From: an uncultured Gammaproteobacteria bacterium | GTDB lineage: Bacteria > Patescibacteriota > Microgenomatia > UBA8517 | Assembly (NCBI GenBank): GCA_964635715.1 | Contig: CAZWNZ010000001.1 | Location: 408,616 to 472,615 of the forward strand | DNA: 64,000 nucleotides | Direction of reading: 5' to 3' | In this document: one piece after another, positions 37,521 through 46,947 of the stretch | How the letters are laid out: the number at the start of each line of letters is the position of its first letter | Position numbering within the stretch: the stretch's first letter is position 1 | Program-made: the position numbers and the translations under genes | The notes under the pieces: generated by a model | Database searches by the model: none | Told to the model about the DNA's origin: nothing | Seen by the model: only the letters and a program-made list of their open reading frames with translations

Positions 37521-38753
37521 ATGTCAAGAAGAATTAATTTCGTTAAAGCCAGAAAAATTGTCTTGTCGGCACTTGTTTTGGCAGGCGTTTTTGTCGGTGG
37601 ATATTACCTCGGTATCAACGGCTATAAAGTAGAAGTTAACAAGGCTTTGACAGTAACAATCAACAGACGAACCCCCGACGATAAAAATGTTGACATGAGT
37701 CTTTTTTGGCAAGTTTGGGATCTTATTAGCGAAAAATACTACGACAAATCAAAACTTGTTCCTTCGCAGATGATTTATGGAGCAATTGAAGGAATGGTAT
37801 CTTCGGTCGGTGATCCTTACACAACATTTCTTATTCCTTCACAGAACAAAGTAGTTAACGAGGATTTAAATGGATCATTCGGCGGAGTCGGTATAGAAAT
37901 TGGTTATAAAGACGGTTACTTGGCAGTAATAGCACCGCTTCCCGGGACACCGGCAGACAGAGCCGGGGTTAAAGCCGGGGACTATATTGTAAAAATTACA
38001 GACACAATAAAAGGTGTTGATCTGGACAGTTCTACTATTAGCACAAACGAAGCTGTAACCTACATCAGGGGTGTTGCGGGAACAAAAGTCACATTAACAC
38101 TTATGAGAGATGGTGTAGACGAACCGATTGTGGTTGATCTTGTTAGGGAGAAGATAGATGTTCCTTCGGTTACGTTATCTTGGGTAGGTGAAGGTTCGGA
38201 TGTGGCAAATATTGAAATAAGTAAATTTGGATCAGAAACAAAGGGCGAGTGGGATAGTGTTGTGAGCGAAATATTAAGTAACGAAAACGTTAAAGGAATA
38301 ATTATTGATCTTAGAAACAATCCTGGAGGATATATGCAGGCAGCAATAGATTTAGCTTCTGACTTTGTTTTGAATGGAACAACAATAGTAATTCAGGATA
38401 GTGGCAACAATGATAAAGAAGAATACAAGTCAATGACTTTACCTCGGCTTGAAGACTATCAAACAGTGGTATTAATCAATGAAGGCAGCGCTTCAGCATC
38501 TGAAATTCTGGCAGGTGCATTAAGAGATCAGGTAGGAATAAAATTAGTAGGTGATAAAAGTTTTGGCAAGGGAACAATTCAGGAACCAGTTGATATGGTC
38601 GGAGGGAGCGGGGTACACATAACTACTGCCAAATGGCTGACACCCAAAGGGACGTGGGTTCATGATTCAGGGTTAGTTCCCGATCTGGAAATTGCCAACC
38701 CGGACGATACTGAGGTAGATGAGCAGCTGGAAGCTGCGATTGAACTTTTTTAA
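37521..38753 (+). CDS. Carboxyl-terminal processing protease (S41 family) with PDZ domain
   Basis: An N-terminal TM is present. A PDZ domain is present ([11 protein letters not shown]). The S41 motifs [10 protein letters not shown] and [13 protein letters not shown] are present. Confidence 0.85.
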   Translation: MSRRINFVKARKIVLSALVLAGVFVGGYYLGINGYKVEVNKALTVTINRRTPDDKNVDMSLFWQVWDLISEKYYDKSKLVPSQMIYGAIEGMVSSVGDPYTTFLIPSQNKVVNEDLNGSFGGVGIEIGYKDGYLAVIAPLPGTPADRAGVKAGDYIVKITDTIKGVDLDSSTISTNEAVTYIRGVAGTKVTLTLMRDGVDEPIVVDLVREKIDVPSVTLSWVGEGSDVANIEISKFGSETKGEWDSVVSEILSNENVKGIIIDLRNNPGGYMQAAIDLASDFVLNGTTIVIQDSGNNDKEEYKSMTLPRLEDYQTVVLINEGSASASEILAGALRDQVGIKLVGDKSFGKGTIQEPVDMVGGSGVHITTAKWLTPKGTWVHDSGLVPDLEIANPDDTEVDEQLEAAIELF

Positions 38754-39448
38754 GAAGAAATATTTTTGGTAAGTTCGATTATACGGTCAAGATCTCCATC
38801 AACTATTACTTCAAGCTTCCCCCAGCTTTTGCCAATTCTGTGATCGGTAACCCTGTCTTGAGGAAAATTGTAAGTGCGGATTTTTTCGGATCTCATTCCA
38901 CGGCCGATTACACTTCTGTATCCGGCCATTGTTTTTTCTTTCTCGGCTTCCTGACGCTCCCAAAGGCGTGATCTCAAGAGAGAGAGGGCTATTTGTCTGT
39001 TTTGTTCCTGGAAGCGTTCCTCGCGGGCTTCTACGACGATACCGGTGGGTTTATGAACAAGTCTCACGGCAGTGGAAACTTTATTAACATTTTGGCCTCC
39101 GTGGCCTCCAGCCCGGGTAAATTGCCATTCCAAATCATTTTGGTTGATTTGGATTTCATCTTCTTTAACTTCCGGTAAAACTACAATAGTAGCAGTGGAA
39201 GTGTGTATTCTGCCTCTTTTTTCAGTAACCGGAACCCTTTGGACTCGGTGAACTCCCGACTCGTTTTTTAGAAGATCAAAAACTTGTGGGCCGGATATCC
39301 TGATTGTTTTTTCATCGATCAAAGCAACTTTCAAGTTTTTCTTTGTAGCATAGCGGATATACATACGTAGGAGATCGGATCCCCAAAGTTTGGCTTCATC
39401 ACCACCCGTGGCACCACGAATTTCAATAAACGCTGTTTGATTATCCAT
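38750..39448 (-). CDS. prfA: Peptide chain release factor 1-like, lacking N-terminal domain 1
   Basis: A PVT tripeptide (RF1 type) is present, then [14 protein letters not shown]. The GGQ motif is present ([19 protein letters not shown]). It starts at the position equivalent to E. coli RF1 residue ~112. There is an in-frame stop 21 nt upstream. Confidence 0.8.
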   Translation of the reverse strand: MDNQTAFIEIRGATGGDEAKLWGSDLLRMYIRYATKKNLKVALIDEKTIRISGPQVFDLLKNESGVHRVQRVPVTEKRGRIHTSTATIVVLPEVKEDEIQINQNDLEWQFTRAGGHGGQNVNKVSTAVRLVHKPTGIVVEAREERFQEQNRQIALSLLRSRLWERQEAEKEKTMAGYRSVIGRGMRSEKIRTYNFPQDRVTDHRIGKSWGKLEVIVDGDLDRIIELTKNISS

Positions 39449-39538
39449 ATTTGTCTAGTTACCAGTAATCAGTTTCCAGTTGTCAGTCAGTTAATTATTT
39501 AATTAGTTACTAACTGATTACTGAATACTGATAACTAT

Positions 39539-39850
39539 CTAACTAGCTTGAGATCGAAGATCACTCAAGCTTTCTGGTCTTTCTGCTTCTTCCTGAAGTC
39601 TCTTTTGTTCTTTAAGTTTGCGTTTTTCGCTCTTACTGATATGTGTAGTGGCTTTAGCCATTTTAGCTTTGAACGCATCGACACGTCCTGCTGTGTCAAC
39701 AAACTTCATTTGTCCGGTATAAAAAGGATGACATGCGGAACAAACTTCAACATGAATTTCCGGAAAGGTGGCTCCTGTTGTGAATACGTTTCCGCAGGCA
39801 CAAACAACTTTTGCCTCCGAAAACCATTTTGGATGGATTGTTGCTTTCAT
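39539..39850 (-). CDS. rpmE: 50S ribosomal protein L31 with Lys-rich C-terminal extension
   Basis: MKATIHPKW...CACGN...[10 protein letters not shown] is present. The preferred start is the second Met. Confidence 0.8.
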   Translation of the reverse strand: MKATIHPKWFSEAKVVCACGNVFTTGATFPEIHVEVCSACHPFYTGQMKFVDTAGRVDAFKAKMAKATTHISKSEKRKLKEQKRLQEEAERPESLSDLRSQAS

Positions 39851-39965
39851 AGAAGTGTATTTTATCAAATATAGACCAATAATTCAAAGCTCAAAAATAA
39901 TAGCTATAACTTAAATCTAAAAACAATAATATAAGTTATTAAATGTTAACAATGACTATTAATTT

Positions 39966-40880
39966 TTAGTTTTTAGTTATTAATTTAAATTTGCATTCGG
40001 CAAGCAGGACACCTAGCACAATGAGCACGGAGCCGATAATGAAAGGCAAGTCCACCTTTTCCTTTAGCCAAAGGACGGAAAGGGGAGTACCAAATACCGG
40101 GTATAAATAACCGATCAAGTTTACTTCACCAACCTCTATTGTTTTTTCGGCCTTATGCCAAAGGTAGTATGCCAAGGTTCCTGAAAGGATGGCCATATAA
40201 ATTACGCCCAAATGATAGGAAAAAGGGACAGCGGTAATCACTCTCAAATTTGAGCTTATTAGTTGGGAGATGCTTAAAGGGAGAATTGTTACGAATCCAA
40301 TAATAAATGAAAAATTGGATGCAAAACTGGGATCCACCTCTTTTCTTAAAATAAGTTTAGTGAGAATTGCCGTAATCGTTCCTATAATAAGCGAAGCAAA
40401 TATTAAAAGATTTCCTTCGAGTCCTGCAAATTGAATATTCCCATCCAACACAGGGCCCACAATTGTTATAAAAGTTCCCGCAAGAGCTATAAGAATACCG
40501 ACACTTTCCCTTTTTGTAATATGCTCCTTAAGAAAGAATACACCCGCAATGGCAATTAAAATCGGAGACATGGCGGAAATTAAATTTGAATTGATAGATG
40601 TTGTTTTATCCATGCCAAAGAACAGCAAGCCTAAAGAAACTGTAGTTAAAAGAAAGCCGTTTAAAATGGTAACAAAAAGCACTTTCTTATTTTTGGGAAA
40701 CTTGATCCCCGTAATTGCAAAAATTACAACGCCGGCGAGAGCCGAAAGAAAAAGCCGATATGTTAAAAATACGGCAGGGGAAAATCCTCCTAAAGTATAT
40801 TTGATAATCGGAGCAGCAACACCCCAAATAATTGCAACAAGAAGTATTTCAATGTAGGCGCGTTTTCGGGCAGGATTCAT
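39966..40880 (-). CDS. EamA/DMT-family transporter
   Basis: 10 TM helices. Two EamA repeats. Confidence 0.75.
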   Translation of the reverse strand: MNPARKRAYIEILLVAIIWGVAAPIIKYTLGGFSPAVFLTYRLFLSALAGVVIFAITGIKFPKNKKVLFVTILNGFLLTTVSLGLLFFGMDKTTSINSNLISAMSPILIAIAGVFFLKEHITKRESVGILIALAGTFITIVGPVLDGNIQFAGLEGNLLIFASLIIGTITAILTKLILRKEVDPSFASNFSFIIGFVTILPLSISQLISSNLRVITAVPFSYHLGVIYMAILSGTLAYYLWHKAEKTIEVGEVNLIGYLYPVFGTPLSVLWLKEKVDLPFIIGSVLIVLGVLLAECKFKLITKN

Positions 40881-40935
40881 ATATTAAATAGTAGCATGTA
40901 GCAGGTAGTAGGTAGCAAGTAGCAAGTGAAACAAG

Positions 40936-40960
40936 CACTTGCACCCGCGAGGTGCAAGTG
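40936..40960 (-). terminator. Hairpin downstream of hisS
   Basis: CACTTGCACC-cgcga-GGTGCAAGTG is a perfect 10-bp stem. It lies 8 nt after the hisS stop. Confidence 0.45.
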
Positions 40961-40967
40961 TGGAACT

Positions 40968-41852
40968 TTAAGGTAGAAGGTCGATAATGCGGTCAATTCC
41001 GAATGAAAATCCGACTGCAGGAATATCGCGCCCTGCAAACATTCCGATCAAGTTGTCATAGCGACCGCCGGCTCCGATCGTAAGCTTTTCGGTTTTGTTC
41101 AATTTAAGTTCATAAACGGTTGAAGTGTAGTAATCCAAACCTCGGGCGAGATATGGATTAAAAACAAAATCGGTTCCTTCTTTAAATCCTTTATTTTTAA
41201 GTTCTGCAAAAATTTGAGTTAATCTTTCGGTTTTGGGTTCTTTTGAAAGTTTTTCCAAAATATTTTTTCCTACAAGTTTTTCTACTTCCCCTTGTCCGAT
41301 CTTATCAATTTTGTCGATAATTCTAACTTGATCCTGTGTTATGCCTAGTTTATCAAATATCTTTCGGTCATTGATTTGAATGTATGCATCGTTTAGGTCG
41401 ATCGCTCTGACTCCTTCAACTGCCGCAGCAATAACTTGTACATCTTCTTTAAAATCACTTGAACCAACAGTATCAAGATCGAATTGAGTAAATTCTCTGC
41501 GTCTGCCTCTTTGCGGATTGTCCGCACGGAAAGATTGGCCTATTTGATATCTTGAAAATGTCGGTTTTAGAAGGCCTAAGTTATTGGCAATAAAACGGGC
41601 TAGGGGAACGGTGAGATCGTATCTTAGTGCAAGCTTTCGGCCTCCTTTATCCTCGAATGTATAAACCAATTTTTCATCCTCGCCGTATTTACCCAATAAG
41701 GTTTCTGCAAACTCTACAGTTGGGGTTTCGAGCGGGACAAAGCCGTATTTTTCAAGCACGGGGACAATAGCGTTTATCATAAAACGCCTCTTTTTGGTTT
41801 CCTCCGGCATAATGTCACCGAACCCTTTTGGTGTAACTGGTCCTTTTTGCAT
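40968..41852 (-). CDS. hisS: Histidyl-tRNA synthetase catalytic core lacking the anticodon-binding domain (294 aa)
   Basis: The HisRS motifs PKGFGD and LRYDLTVPLARF are present. Motif 2 is FRADNPQRGRRREFTQFDLD. Motif 3 is GAGGRYDNL. The ORF ends right after GFSFGIDRIIDL with no downstream continuation. Confidence 0.75.
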   Translation of the reverse strand: MQKGPVTPKGFGDIMPEETKKRRFMINAIVPVLEKYGFVPLETPTVEFAETLLGKYGEDEKLVYTFEDKGGRKLALRYDLTVPLARFIANNLGLLKPTFSRYQIGQSFRADNPQRGRRREFTQFDLDTVGSSDFKEDVQVIAAAVEGVRAIDLNDAYIQINDRKIFDKLGITQDQVRIIDKIDKIGQGEVEKLVGKNILEKLSKEPKTERLTQIFAELKNKGFKEGTDFVFNPYLARGLDYYTSTVYELKLNKTEKLTIGAGGRYDNLIGMFAGRDIPAVGFSFGIDRIIDLLP

Positions 41853-42161
41853 ATATTTAGTTTACTATGAACATCCTCCTTCGCCAAGGCTTCGAGGGTT
41901 GCACGTTCTTGATGGACAAAAAAAGGAACCTTTCGGTTCCCTGTATTATCGAACACTTAAGTTTTACGCTTCAAGTAAGCGGCCCGTATTTGGCGGGCTC
42001 CGTTTCCGATTATTCAGAAATCCCATCGCGTGACTGATGGTTTAACGGATTTATTTAAAACCTCCCTTTCGTTGTCCCGAAATATATCGGGACAAGGAGC
42101 GAGAGGTTTTCTAACAGATACAAAAGAGTATTATAGCGCTATATTTTTATATGTCAACTGG
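41853..42161 (-). promoter_or_regulatory. ~300-nt structured 5' leader of hisS with intrinsic terminator/attenuator
   Basis: No ORF is present. On the minus strand it has nested hairpins (GTCCCGAtatattTCGGGAC) and a 12-bp perfect palindrome, TATAGCGCTATA. GGAACC-gaaa-GGTTCC plus U7 lies 66 nt before the start codon. Confidence 0.4.
41918..41940 (-). terminator. Leader terminator hairpin (GGAACCGAAAGGTTCC + U7) upstream of hisS
   Basis: The plus strand reads aaaaaaaGGAACCtttcGGTTCC. On the minus strand this gives a GAAA-tetraloop hairpin followed by seven U. Confidence 0.5.
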
Positions 42162-43112
42162 TTAATCAGTTTCTATTTTTAGTATTGAACGGGTAATTGA
42201 AGGTGAGCCTGTAGTATCCGAGACGACGATAAGCATGTCATCCACGTCAATATCAGCAAATTTTATAGTGTTTGTATCACCCTCCGAAAAAGAAGCTATC
42301 CAAGTGTTTTTTCCCGGTGTAACAGTTATTGTCTCGCTGTTATCAATCGGTGCGGCATTAAAAGATTTTTTAGTAAGTTCGGTTACTTTTACAATAGAAA
42401 TATTTACTTGAGGCTGGGAAAGTTCATCGGCAATTAAAATACGGGTTGCTTCGAGTACATCATTTCCGTCGGTGTATCCCATGGCTATTATATAGTCCCC
42501 AATGGCAATATCTGTTAATTTAACAGTTTTGTTGGTTGTGCCAGTAGTGTTTACAACTGCAATGTCATATTTATTTGTAGCTATTTGTTGAATTTGATTA
42601 TCGACACCTTCAATTTGAATTGTAGAATCTGAGATGTCTGTTATTGTTCCCACATATGATTTGGGGGAATTTTTATCTCCTCTTTCATCTGATGTTACAG
42701 GTTCAAAAGATGCCGAATATATAGAAGAAACCTTTTGTGAAGCAGTGTCTCCATGTGTATTGAGAGCTGTTACTTTGATATGGTTTATTCCCGATGTCAA
42801 CTCAACATCCGTCTCAAAAGAACCGTCCTCTGAACTTTTAGTAATATAATCCTCGTCATTTGCAGAAACGATAATCCAAGCTGAAGACTTGGTAATTCCG
42901 GATACAGCAGTAGGACTTTCTGTAATTACATCAAAATCACTTGGTTTAAAAATAGAAATTTTAAATTGTTCGACTGCGTTCAGAGGTTGGGGAGTGGGTT
43001 GAGATTCCTTTTCCTTTAAAGCTACTGAAGAGCGTACCCTCCAAGCTCCGAATCCAATTATTAATCCAAATGAAATTCCGATTATTCCTGCCCAAATAAG
43101 TTCTTTTCGCAT
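42162..43112 (-). CDS. Membrane-anchored extracytoplasmic protein (beta-rich, Ig-like repeats)
   Basis: An N-terminal TM is present (ELIWAGIIGISFGLIIGFGAW). The remainder is Ser/Thr-rich beta-strand-like sequence. The start is taken at MRKEL. Confidence 0.55.
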   Translation of the reverse strand: MRKELIWAGIIGISFGLIIGFGAWRVRSSVALKEKESQPTPQPLNAVEQFKISIFKPSDFDVITESPTAVSGITKSSAWIIVSANDEDYITKSSEDGSFETDVELTSGINHIKVTALNTHGDTASQKVSSIYSASFEPVTSDERGDKNSPKSYVGTITDISDSTIQIEGVDNQIQQIATNKYDIAVVNTTGTTNKTVKLTDIAIGDYIIAMGYTDGNDVLEATRILIADELSQPQVNISIVKVTELTKKSFNAAPIDNSETITVTPGKNTWIASFSEGDTNTIKFADIDVDDMLIVVSDTTGSPSITRSILKIETD

Positions 43113-43221
43113 ATGCAAGACCACAATATAGTAGATTGATCTATTTAAGTCAAGAAAGTGAAGATTTATCAATTGACGAAAACATATATTAATTGTAAAT
43201 TCTAAATTGTAGATTAAACAT

Positions 43222-43875
43222 ATGGATATTACTTATCTTGGCCATTCCAGCTTTAAAATTAAGACAAAGACAGCAACTGTTATCACAGACCCATTCGATT
43301 CTCAAATGGTAGGAATTAAATTTCCGGGAGCAGAGGGTGAAATAGTCACTGTTTCACACAAACACTCTGATCATAATGCGGTTGAAAAAGTATCCGGGGT
43401 GCAAAAAGTTGTTGAAGGTCCGGGCGAATATGAAATAAAGGGCGTATCGATAATCGGGTATCCCAGTTTCCATGATGGAAAACAAGGAGAGGAAAGAGGT
43501 AAAAATACTATTTATGTTTTTGAGGCAGATGGTCTTAGAATTGTTCATTTGGGCGATTTGGGACATGCTCTTAGTGATGAACTTGTCAATGAAATCGGAG
43601 CTGTCGATATTTTAATGATTCCTGTCGGTGGAATTTTCACTTTGGGTCCGAAGGAAGCTGTTGAGGTTGCCAACAAAATTGATCCTTACTTCATAATACC
43701 GATGCATTATAAAGTTCCCGGAATGAATGAGGCCAATTTTACAGGCCTTATGGAGAAAGAAGCTTTTCTAAAAGAAATCGGTAAGACGGTTGAGGTTTTG
43801 CCAAAACTTTCAATCAAAAATAGTGACATAATCGAAGAGCAGAGCACAAAAGTTATTGTGCTTGAGAGAAAATAA
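43222..43875 (+). CDS. MBL-fold metallo-hydrolase
   Basis: HKHSDHN and HLGDLGH metal-binding motifs are present. Confidence 0.75.
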   Translation: MDITYLGHSSFKIKTKTATVITDPFDSQMVGIKFPGAEGEIVTVSHKHSDHNAVEKVSGVQKVVEGPGEYEIKGVSIIGYPSFHDGKQGEERGKNTIYVFEADGLRIVHLGDLGHALSDELVNEIGAVDILMIPVGGIFTLGPKEAVEVANKIDPYFIIPMHYKVPGMNEANFTGLMEKEAFLKEIGKTVEVLPKLSIKNSDIIEEQSTKVIVLERK

Positions 43876-43941
43876 ATAAAAACAGACTACTTTCATCCTT
43901 TACATCCTGCCTTGGAAATAGTAAATAGAAGTTACTAAAAA

Positions 43942-45270
43942 ATGGCAGCTACACAACAAAATTTGCGTGTCCCTCCTCACTCTCAAGAAGCAGAAGAATC
44001 CGTTCTTGGTGCTATGCTAATAGATCGAGATGCGGTGATAGCTGTTGCCGAGTTTTTACTTCCGGAAGATTTTTATGATGAACGTTTAAGAGAGGTGTAT
44101 AAAGCTTGCATTGATCTTTATGAAGAGAGAGTTCCGATAGATGTGTTGACAGTGACCGAACGATTGAAGAAGAACAAGGTTGTAAAAGATATAGCTTCAT
44201 CCTCTTTTTTAGCCGAGCTGGCAAACAACGTGCCAACGGCTGCTCATGTTGAACATTATGGCAGAATCGTAAAAGACACTGCTACAAAAAGGTCTTTGAT
44301 GTCAGTTGCTTCAAAACTGGTTGATGTCTCAATGGATGAAGGTTTGGGAGCAAGTGAAGCGATGGATCAGGCAGAAAGTGCGATTTTTTCATTAAGCCAG
44401 AAGTCTTTAAAAAAAGCTTTTATTTCTGTGCGTGATACATTAGCGGAAAGTTTTGACAGACTTGATGAGCTTCATAAAAGCGGCGGTGGAATAAGGGGAG
44501 TTCCAACAGGTTTTGGTGATTTGGATGATGCGCTAGCGGGGTTACAGCCATCAAATTTGTTAATTTTAGCGGCCCGCCCTGGCGTAGGAAAAACTACACT
44601 GGCTATGAATATTGCCCAATATGTTGCGGTGGAGCTTAAACGGCCGGTTGGATTTTTCTCACTTGAAATGAGCCGTGAAGAGTTGGTTGACAGACTTCTT
44701 GTAGCTCAGGCTGATATCGATGCTTGGAAATTAAAAACAGGAAAACTTTCAGAGGATGATTTTAGCAAACTTAGTGACGCAATGGGCATTTTGGCCGAAG
44801 CTCCGCTTTTTATTGATGACACTCCGGCTCTTTCTGTTCTTGAGATGCGTACCAAAGCCAGACGTCTTCAGGTAGAAAATGGACTGGATCTTCTGGTGGT
44901 TGATTATATGCAGTTGGCTCGATCACGAAATTTAGAAAATAGAGTTCAGGAGGTTTCTGAAATTTCTCAAGGAATGAAAAATCTTGCCCGTGAACTTAAG
45001 ATTCCTGTGATAGTCCTTTCTCAGCTTTCGCGTGCCGTCGAAACGAGAGGTGGTAAAAAACCCCAGTTGGCGGATCTTAGAGAATCGGGAAGTATTGAGC
45101 AGGATGCTGATGTGGTTATGTTTTTGTGGCGTGAGGATGATGAGAATTCCGAAAATATTATGTTGGATATCGCTAAGCATAGAAACGGGCCTTTAAGAAG
45201 TGTTCCTCTTCATTTCAAAGGGGATAGGATCAGGTTTTATAGTCGGGACGTTAAACATTCATCTAAATAA
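43942..45270 (+). CDS. dnaB: Replicative DNA helicase DnaB
   Basis: VPPHSQEAEESVLGAML is present. GVPTGFGDLD is present. Walker A is ARPGVGKTTLA. The RecA-like C-terminus is present. Confidence 0.95.
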   Translation: MAATQQNLRVPPHSQEAEESVLGAMLIDRDAVIAVAEFLLPEDFYDERLREVYKACIDLYEERVPIDVLTVTERLKKNKVVKDIASSSFLAELANNVPTAAHVEHYGRIVKDTATKRSLMSVASKLVDVSMDEGLGASEAMDQAESAIFSLSQKSLKKAFISVRDTLAESFDRLDELHKSGGGIRGVPTGFGDLDDALAGLQPSNLLILAARPGVGKTTLAMNIAQYVAVELKRPVGFFSLEMSREELVDRLLVAQADIDAWKLKTGKLSEDDFSKLSDAMGILAEAPLFIDDTPALSVLEMRTKARRLQVENGLDLLVVDYMQLARSRNLENRVQEVSEISQGMKNLARELKIPVIVLSQLSRAVETRGGKKPQLADLRESGSIEQDADVVMFLWREDDENSENIMLDIAKHRNGPLRSVPLHFKGDRIRFYSRDVKHSSK

Positions 45271-45311
45271 AACCTCGCAATATCATCATATTTTCTTTTT
45301 AATTTATTGAA

Positions 45312-45398
45312 GGTGGCCAAGGAGAGAGTCGAACTCTCACTGGGTGTTAGCCCAACACGATTTTGAGTCGTGCGCGTCTGCCATTCCGCCACTCGGCC
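45312..45398 (-). tRNA. tRNA-Leu (anticodon CAA), type II with long variable arm
   Basis: The reverse complement is GGCCGAG-TGGCGGAATGGCAGACGCG-CACGA-CTCAAAA-TCGTG-TTGGGCTAACACCCAGT-GAGAGTTCGACTCTC-CTTGGCC-ACC. The acceptor stem is 7 bp with one G-U. The anticodon loop is CT-CAA-AA. CC of the CCA end is encoded. Confidence 0.85.
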
Positions 45399-45455
45399 TG
45401 TTCGTATATTTTACCACGAGGCTAATATTTTTGCCGAGGGGTAAGATCTTTTGCT

Positions 45456-45917
45456 TTAGTGACTAATCCAGAATATTGCTGCCAGGACAGTGATGAATTG
45501 AGTAAATAGTCCGGGAATAGGACCGGCATCACTCTGAAGGAATTTTTGAAAAGATATCCACCTTTCAATCTTTTTACTTCTGGCGCGGAGGAAAAAATAC
45601 GGTGCTTCTATCAAGTCGGGCGTTATTGATGCTAAACAGGCAAATAATATTGTAGCTGCGTGATTAACATTCGGTAGTGCGCCGTAGGCAATTGCTGACC
45701 CACAAACAAGAGCTGTCGTTGAATCAAATATTACAAGGGCAGTACTTTTTTGAGTGGGGTAGCCGTACTTTTTGGTTTCGAAGTTTAGGTGGGGATTCCA
45801 GTGGGGGACCATTTCCAAAACAAAGTGACTGGCAAATGCCAGCGGTATGGCGATCCAGGGATTAGGTATTTGAGTTGCAATAGCAGCTCCGACAAACACA
45901 TGGGGAGTTTCTAGCAT
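45456..45917 (-). CDS. Hypothetical polytopic membrane protein
   Basis: 153 aa and hydrophobic, with His-rich motifs (ASHFVLEMVPHW). Confidence 0.4.
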   Translation of the reverse strand: MLETPHVFVGAAIATQIPNPWIAIPLAFASHFVLEMVPHWNPHLNFETKKYGYPTQKSTALVIFDSTTALVCGSAIAYGALPNVNHAATILFACLASITPDLIEAPYFFLRARSKKIERWISFQKFLQSDAGPIPGLFTQFITVLAAIFWISH

Positions 45918-45946
45918 TGTGAAAACAATGTTATTATAATAGTGCC

Positions 45947-46549
45947 ATGATAGTCAAATTAGCTCTCGGTGTCGTCGGGGTAATTTTCTTTCTGTTTATT
46001 TTCTGGAAAAGGCTAAAAGAAGATTATTCCTCCGACATTATTTTTCAAACAGCCAGTACTATTTTGATCGGTATGGGTTTGGGAATATTGGTTTCAAGAT
46101 TATTTTTACCGATGTGGTTTTTTTGGATTTCTTTTGCGGGATCACTTTTGGGAATGTTTTTGATGATTATAAAGTTCAAACTCCGAGTTTATGAGGTGTT
46201 TGAATCGTTTACCTTAGCAGCCATGCCATTTGTTTCTTTAATGTTTTTTAGGGATTCTATTGTAAATTCTTCTCTCAATTCTTTTTTGGCATTCGTTGCC
46301 AGCCTGGTATTAATTTTTTTGGCATATTATATTGATTTAAATTATAGAAGTTTCTCTTGGTACAAATCAGGAAAGATCGGATTTACCGGACTTTTTATAG
46401 CTACTGTATTTTTTTTGATCAGATCGATTATTGCTATCGTCGGATTAAACATGGTATCCTGTGTTGGCAAATTTGATATATTAATCTCAGGCATATTAGT
46501 ACTAGTATTTACGGTATTTTTGATAAATCTTGGTAGAAAAAGAGAATAA
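45947..46549 (+). CDS. Hypothetical polytopic membrane protein
   Basis: 200 aa with ~6 TM helices. Confidence 0.4.
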   Translation: MIVKLALGVVGVIFFLFIFWKRLKEDYSSDIIFQTASTILIGMGLGILVSRLFLPMWFFWISFAGSLLGMFLMIIKFKLRVYEVFESFTLAAMPFVSLMFFRDSIVNSSLNSFLAFVASLVLIFLAYYIDLNYRSFSWYKSGKIGFTGLFIATVFFLIRSIIAIVGLNMVSCVGKFDILISGILVLVFTVFLINLGRKRE

Positions 46550-46947
46550 TGAAAAAAGATAAAAAACATAACAAGAAAAAAACTAGCATAATGAGTTATC
46601 CGATGGAGGTACTGAATCCTGTCAGTAATTTTTTAACAGCTAAACTTCACTCTCTGGAGAAAAGAAAAAAAGAAATAACAAAGCAAGACCCATTTGCAGA
46701 TAAAGATCGTGTGAATGACAATGCAGCAAGTGATATAGAGGCAGATGAACAATTTGGCCATGCAAGAACGTCGGCAATAAATAAAGAAATTTCCAGAAGC
46801 ATTGTAAATATTAGGAAAGCTTTGACCAGACTCAAGTTGGGTAAATATGGTATTTGTGAAGAGTGCGGTCAAATGATCGACACCGATAGGTTAGTAGCTG
46901 TTCCTGAAGCAACTCTTTGTGCTAAGGATGCGGCAAAGAGGGAATAG
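46549..46947 (+). CDS. DksA/TraR-family C4 zinc-finger regulator
   Basis: The C-terminus CEECGQMIDTDRLVAVPEATLCAKDA is present. A coiled-coil N-terminus is present. Confidence 0.75.
   Translation: MKKDKKHNKKKTSIMSYPMEVLNPVSNFLTAKLHSLEKRKKEITKQDPFADKDRVNDNAASDIEADEQFGHARTSAINKEISRSIVNIRKALTRLKLGKYGICEECGQMIDTDRLVAVPEATLCAKDAAKRE

Noticed and set aside
41794-42033. 79-aa plus-strand ORF in the hisS upstream region
   Set aside because: It lies entirely within the structured minus-strand leader and contains the terminator hairpin. It has no SD and no plausible product. It is treated as spurious.
41853-42161. Definite T-box riboswitch call for the hisS leader
   Set aside because: The terminator and stem-loops are clear. 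However I could not identify the conserved T-box AGGGUGGNACCGCG sequence or the AGAGA/K-turn elements. I report it as an unclassified attenuator-like leader.
45312-45398. tRNA-Leu as the integration site of the serine-recombinase island
   Set aside because: The tRNA is ~10 kb from the recombinase, with ychF, rpsF-ssb-rpsR, dnaB and other core genes between them. The att sites could be reconstructed at ychF instead.
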